Assembly (NCBI GenBank): GCA_950097015.1
Contig: CATNEN010000012.1
Coordinates: 1,116,001-1,180,000 of the forward strand
Origin: Macrostomum hystrix
Lineage: Eukaryota; Animalia; Platyhelminthes
DNA length: 64,000 nt
Reading direction: 5' to 3'
Below the pieces are notes generated by a model. The model did no database searches, was not told where the DNA came from, and saw only the letters and a list, made by a program, of their open reading frames with translations. Shown one piece after another: positions 57,718-64,000 of this stretch; position 1 is the stretch's first letter, and the number at the start of each line of letters is the position of its first letter. The translations under genes and the position numbers were made by a program.

Positions 57718-60700
57718 TTAAAAATTATCCCTAATCGTTATGCTCTCACCTTCGTGCTCTTCGCTTTCCATGTACTGATGCTTTGGCCGTCCGGATACGA
57801 TGCTGCGCAAGCTGGTCACCATGTGATCTAGCAGCTGGAAGTCGTCCTCGCTAGGGTTCTGCTCCGACTCCTCGCGCACCCTCTCGTACGAGTCGTTAAT
57901 GACGGCGATGAAGGCATTCAGCACAATGTACATGATGAAGGAAACGTAGAAAAGGAAAGCCACTTTGGCCAGGAGACCGTTGCGACTAACGTACTTCATG
58001 TCAAATTTGCCCAGCATTGCTGAGAAGTTTGTTATGATTGAATCTATCACAGACTTGTAAGGCTCCTCGAGACAGCCAAGCAGCAGATAATGAAGTAGGG
58101 TGAATGCGAAAAATACAACCACAAATATCGGTAGAAATGATGTAAGCTCAGATAGTGATCTTTTAACTGTTCCCTGCAGGTGGTGCAGCCCTCGACTGAA
58201 CCTGACCATGCCAAGGAAAGACGCCTGCAGCAGGAAGGTGGCGCCGCCAAGGAAGTAGAAGAACAGCTGGTTAACTGACATAACATACCGCAGGTTCGTG
58301 ACCAGCAGCTTGGCATTGCGCATCTGATTCAATGAGCTTATTGTGGCGCCGGTTCTCAGTGCATAGCAGATGGCGCATGCGATGAGGCAGGCGTGCATCG
58401 ACAGACCAAGCCAAGCCCATGCGTTGCGGAAGTAAGCACAGCCCTGCTCCTTGATGCTCAACGCAACTCGAACTATCATAAGCAGACACAGCAGTCCAGT
58501 GAGAATCTCTGAGACCAACGCGAAAAGACCCGCCGCGCCGACGTACCGGTACAGGCGGGTGCTGAATAGTTCACTGTTACTAACACTGCCTCCAAATGAG
58601 TGCAACTCTAGACTTAACAGAACGCTAGTAAACAAATTCACTCCCGGGTAAAACAGGTCCATCTCAACCATAGCCAGCCGGGTATAGTTGTCCAGCCAGG
58701 AGAATCGTTGCAACTCAGTCAGAAACTCCAGAGTCCGGTTGGCTCCGTTTGGCAGCACTGCAGTGAAGCCGCCGCCGCCGTACATGCGCAGCAGGCCCCA
58801 GTAGTCAATGCTTTCAGTGACTTTTGCGGGCAGATTCACGTAGGCCAGATCGACAGCCGACTGAGCCTCTGAGAAGTTGCAGACTCGCAGTTCTACCCAG
58901 CCCGGCTTAAAGCATCCCATTTCACGCGCGTCTTCGCTGAACTGCGCCCCTCCAGGCGGTGCCAGACGGTGCACATCAACTGGTCTGATGCGCAGCTGGC
59001 GAAGAGTCACCCGACTCAGGCGATAGCCAGCAAGGTCGCTGATAAAACTTGAGCTGGAGGTCTGATCAAGGCTGCCTGCGAGCTGGGGCAGGTCACTCGA
59101 GTACAATCCCGGAACCAGTGAGGTCCGCAAGTAGTCATAGAGTTTTTTATGGGTCGTGACCTTGCTTAACTTGTCCGCTCCAAGGTGTAGCTTAATGCTG
59201 CGATGAAGATTATAAGTCACTGGATCCAGGTTTCCGTAGCAGATGCAGTACAACAGGATTAGCAGTATGACACTTAGTACCAGATCAACTGTAGTCTTTC
59301 GAGCCTTTTTGCGCACCTCGTCGTTCTTTTCTTCTTCTTCGAGTTCGTGCAGGTACTTGAATTTCTCTGAAGGGGAATATAAAAATTGTCGAAGTTTCAG
59401 GCGTAAAATTCCTTGAAGTAAAACCTATTTTAAGGACAGAGGTCGCGGAGGTTAACCCCGAAGGAGGACGGGCCGTATCGTCCCTTGTGTCTCAGCAGCA
59501 AAAGAGGAGAACTGCTGAAACTCCCATTTCCTGGCTCCACGCATGCCACTAAACTCGACGCCCTGTTCTTCTGCGGACCAACGCTACTTACCTAGTCGTG
59601 CTTCCGAGCTGTAATATCGCACTCGTACCAGGTCCATCTTCATTGCGTCATAGTCCTTGCGCAAGATTATAGAAATCAGCAGTCCAATTGCCAGTACCTG
59701 AAAATTAGTGTGCTTAAATATGACTTCACATTTATAAAAAACACTAATCTGGTAATCTAAACATTGAGATTTTAAACGATCGTCAGAATGAACCTCAGCT
59801 CCAGTATACTCACCTTTAGTGGCTGTATGATTAGCACTGACTGGAATGTAGAGAGAAAGAATGCCACCAGCCAGTCCTGTGACTTTTCTCGGCCCCAGTC
59901 CATGGCGTAGAAGACTAAGAATAGGCCAGAAACGATCACGCTAGCCAGTACCAGGAACCAAGCGACTACATTGCACCAGAATGGTAGCACGAGTTGTTTT
60001 GTCTCGCCACTGACTGGCAGTTTCCGTCCCTTCGCTGATATTGTAGAATAGCGGTCCAACATTGCTGAAGGAAACTTGTTAGCGTTTAAAGAATCATCGA
60101 AGTTTCGCTGACGCCTCGGTGCCGACTTTATGAACAAGAAGGCAATCAATGCAGTTACTGGAACTACACACAGCGCGCCCATGATGGAGGTGAGGAGAGC
60201 GTTGACGGAGAACTTCACTGGTCCGATGTGTACAACCTGCTGAGCGTTTGACCCACTGTCTGCGATGCCGTACCACATGGCGTTGGCGATCATTGTGAGG
60301 AAGAGAACGCTAAAGCACACGCCAAGTCGCTCGATCCTTGAAAAATTTGTGTCCGTCTTTCGGCGCAGCACTGACATCCAGATATGATCATCGGTCAGCT
60401 TGCGGGTCAGGTTGTTGCGCAATAGGCCTGGACAATACGCTAAGTCTTCTCTCGTAGCCAGCCGCATGACCTGGTCACTATGTGGCTTAACCCAGTCGTT
60501 CAGAATAAAGAAATATCTGAAATTGGGGACGTAGATGTAAACAAACCTGCACAATTGTGGTTGTCCGCTAGAAAATATTTACCTCGTGTTGCAGAGGCAG
60601 TCAGTGAAAACTATTCTCGACAGGAGCCATGAATCCGGCTCGCTGGTACTGCTGATCCATACTGTGAGCTGCTTCAGGTCGCCCAGATGAGTTTCACTAG

Positions 60701-63700
60701 TCATTGTGAAGTGATTAATGGCCTCGGGAAGAAAATTCTAAAATTATGTTTGTTTGCTTCATGATGACTTTTAGCCAATTTATTTACGAGTATATTCCTG
60801 CATAACCGAGAGCCCAATAGTAAAACTTTTGGTGAATTTTTCGCGATTTAGCCGCGAAAAATTAATTCAAATGTCTTCCAATTCTAGAGAAAGCAAACGA
60901 TGGAAGCTTACAACGCGACAGCTGTCTTGTAATATCCGACTGGCAACCATTCCTGAAGTACCCGTAAGTGTGAAGCGAATCGTAGCATCTGTTCCGCTGT
61001 TGTGCGCAGCTCCGGTGTACACATCGATTTTGTATTTAAAGGGTTGCTGTCTGTCGTCAACTAATGGCAGATACGCAAACTGAAATTCGCGATAGTATAA
61101 TTAATAAAGGTTCTTTAATTGAAATTTTTCCTATATAGAGTAAACATAACGATGCTGCGAGCGTATTTCGTGGTCAATTATGCAGCAGGAACTAGCATTG
61201 TAGATAAAGAAGCATTCGAAAAAACGCTCTGAGGATTTTTGCTCGTGTACTCGTTGCTTAGCAATAATTAGTCAAAAGGGTTGCGAAGCCCAAGCCCAAG
61301 ACTGGAATCTATATGAAATAACTGGACCAGTTACTAAAAATCCTACTATTCGTTCTAGTGAGCTCGATCATGCGAAAGCAATGTAGGTAATATTTCTAGC
61401 TGTGCTTACCAGCGCTTTGTCTCTACCGTCAAGCCTGCGGAAGATCACAGCTAGAGGGATGAATAGGCACCACAGGATGGCCACGGTGGCTACCACGGCG
61501 GCGCTGTCGGCCAGCTTCCCTTGCCAGTTTTCAAACAGCCGGCCGAAGTCGATCAGGTTTGGCGTCAGCTGGATTCCAGCGCCGATACCCCCCAACAAGT
61601 TGGTGCGGAAGACCGGGCGGTCGGGCAGGCTGCCCTCAGAGCTCGCCTGGCAGCTGTCCACAGCCGATGGAGCACGCCAGGTACTGGCAGAAGCGTCCCA
61701 CAGTTGGCACGCATGCTGAACTATAGCATAGCGATATGTCAAGCTTGGCTCACTACATGATCCCCGAAGGCAATTGAAACGGCGCACCGATACATAGTTT
61801 GTGTCCGTGTCATTTAGCAGGCCCCTGGGCAGCGTGATCACCGAGTCGTTGCCCGACAATTCGAAATGCAGCAAGAAATTCACTGGCGTAGCCTCGCTGT
61901 TAGACTGCAAGTAGACATCTAGCTGGTGACTCGGAATGACAGGCTCAATCACAATTTGGATCAAGGCGTCAAGATTGGTTATGTTGAAATTGTGAGAGAA
62001 TGTTAACCAGCGGTTTACTGGTGTGGCATTCACAAGCACGTATTGGGGTGGCGTCGCACCCAACTGCACAGAAAAATGCTCAGGATCTGGGGCGGCACGC
62101 TTCCTACGTGCAGTCAGTGCTTTGCAATCACTCGCTTGCAGCTGGAGAACACTGGATTTGACTTGGCTTGCTGAGCCAGACCAAGCGTGAGGGTTCATGC
62201 GGCTGAAGATTGCTTTGGTCCGACACCAACGTATAGAGCTGTTAGCAGATACATTTATTGAACCGAAATTTGATTCGAGTACTGCTCCACCACTCAAAGG
62301 TTCCTTCGACCCCAGAGCGTGCATTTCACTGTCTGAGATGCTGTAATTTCCCATACGATCCATGAGCAGCTCCGTCGTAGAGTTGATGTTGTTTAGAACC
62401 TTTTCCATTAGCTTTTTAAGAGTCTGCTGGGCAGCCGAAAGCTTTGTTGAATCGTTCAGAGAGTTTAGAGAGCAGTTTACGCTTAGCGATCCATTCTCTG
62501 AGTCGCAGGCGTTGAGCAGTTTGTCATTCTCTTCTCGGGCCGTTATGTTTGCAGCCTTCCAAATATTAGATCCAGTAAGAACAAAATCTGAAGACACGAG
62601 GATAAAAGTGGGACTGGCTATTTGAACAAAAATGTGTGGAAACAGAAATGATCGGATATAAACTTAAATTGATGCCCACAAACCTTCTCCAGCCATTTTG
62701 AGAGCGGTGTCTGACAATACATAGTGCATGCGTGTTAGGCTCTGCGTCATGTACTCGAATGTGTTACTCGCAATCTCCTAAAAACCATTGGAAATTATAT
62801 TTCTTGTTTCCAAAGACCAAAATATATTTATTTAAGAGATAATACGTGCCTGTGATTTCAACTCAAGTTGATCCGGTCTTACCACTGAACTTCTCATGAG
62901 TTCAGTTGTTTGTTCAAGGCTGCTAGAATCATTTCTTACAGTGAAGTTGGATAAGAGAGAGACGTAGTTTGAGCGTAACTAAAAATTTGTTGTTAGAATA
63001 TTTCATGTTGCTTAATTTAAATTCTTCGACATTAAAATTACTGGATTACTTAAAAATATAAGTACTTTGAATAATACCTGAGTCATTCGCTGTAAAGCGA
63101 CTTGGTTTTCCTCAACCGTAGCATTCGGACCTAAGAATAACTTAAAATCAACATTCATTAGCGACACTAAGCACAGCATAGTGGACGCGGCACCCTGCTG
63201 GTCTTTTAGCTGAAAGTATTTTGTGAGCTCTTCACTTCGGCCAGTCAGAATATCGGAGATATTGTCCGTTAGAACATCCACGGGAATCGCGGGCGGAACG
63301 ACCTAGGAACGACATAGGACCATTTCGTAAATTATGAAGTAAGATCAATCCGTATTCACAGAACACTAAATAATTAAATCTTACAGTGACAGGAAATTCG
63401 TATCCCTGAGAATCTCCCAGTGAATCAGTGAGCTGCACAGCTATTACAGCAGAAAAATTGTGGCTAGGACTGCCCAGAGGAAAGAATATTTCTGGCGACT
63501 TGGACACTTTTCCAAAGAACAGTGGCGTCTTTCGCTGACTGTCGGGCGAACGAATTTTGAACTCGTAGCGAATTCCACCGAGCTCAATGTCGAACTCTTT
63601 CCAGTCCCAGCAGTTAATCTGGAACTTAGTTGACATTGCTATGCCACTGCGCGGCGCAACATCGCATTTGCCGCCGTAGGGTGGGCTGTTTACGATTAGG

Positions 63701-63850
63701 CGTTGCTCCAGCGATACAGGCCCCTCCTGCTTGTAGTTTCTGCATGTTACTATTTAGCATGTAGTAGCTTGCCTTTGGCAGAGTGTTCTCTCGGCGAGAG
63801 AAAGTGGCCGAAGTGAAGCCCTCTGAAAATGGACACGTGACTACTGCTGC
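57718..63850 (-). CDS. Polycystin-1-like protein (REJ module, GPS, PLAT/LH2, polycystin channel domain); 5' part extends beyond the window
   Basis: Exons resolved: 62777-62684, 62587-61410, 61079-60912, 60737-60583, 60546-59814, 59697-59592 and 59366-57718, with further exons upstream to about 63850. Motifs: REJ-like PEIFFPLG...AVQLTDSLG; GPS CQLWD...W...C; PLAT YKIDVYTG...GTDA; DDHIWMSV...FSRIERLGVCFS; channel WLDNYTR, FYPGVNLF, YIVLNAFIAVINDSY. Confidence 0.93.
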
Positions 63851-64000
63851 CAAAACAGAAGGCTAACTTGCTATCTAGTTAAAAATAGTGCTTTCAAGAA
63901 CTTTGAAAAATAGGGTAGTAATCGGTAATTTCTCTCTTTCCCGGCTCTGTGAGAAGTCGCCCCGGTGGGGCTGATGGTCGACGCGCACAGGACAGAGGTG

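Overview
Eukaryotic (animal) genomic DNA with short introns and very many minisatellites. The style resembles the flatworm Macrostomum lignano, but that is inference only. Host genes: TRMT1 (minus strand, 3' exons not in the window), a 6-7-exon single-pass membrane protein with a SEA-like ectodomain, a 4-exon STRAD-like pseudokinase, an intronless catalytically dead neprilysin (M13) homologue, CFAP20, a small secreted 12-Cys cationic peptide gene, TRAIP, and the 3' part of a polycystin-1-like gene (REJ-GPS-PLAT-channel). Mobile DNA: a 5.2-kb Foldback/MULE-like element (9023-14187) with about 1.4-1.6-kb inverted arms and a 9-bp target-site duplication. It holds an LTR+PBS+gag fragment of a Ty3/Gypsy element and is itself inserted in the end of a MITE. 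There are also two tRNA-derived SINE families (one with a CORE-like domain) and a second MITE. The most striking observations are (i) a compact antisense cassette (CtIP/Sae2 C-terminal-like ORF plus a two-exon BEN-domain gene, followed by a repeat block) lying where TRMT1 intron 3 should be, (ii) tandem repeats nucleated on splice sites, including about 80 copies of a candidate 3' splice site, and (iii) the toxin/antimicrobial-like 12-Cys peptide. All calls were made by eye from the sequence; no searches were run.
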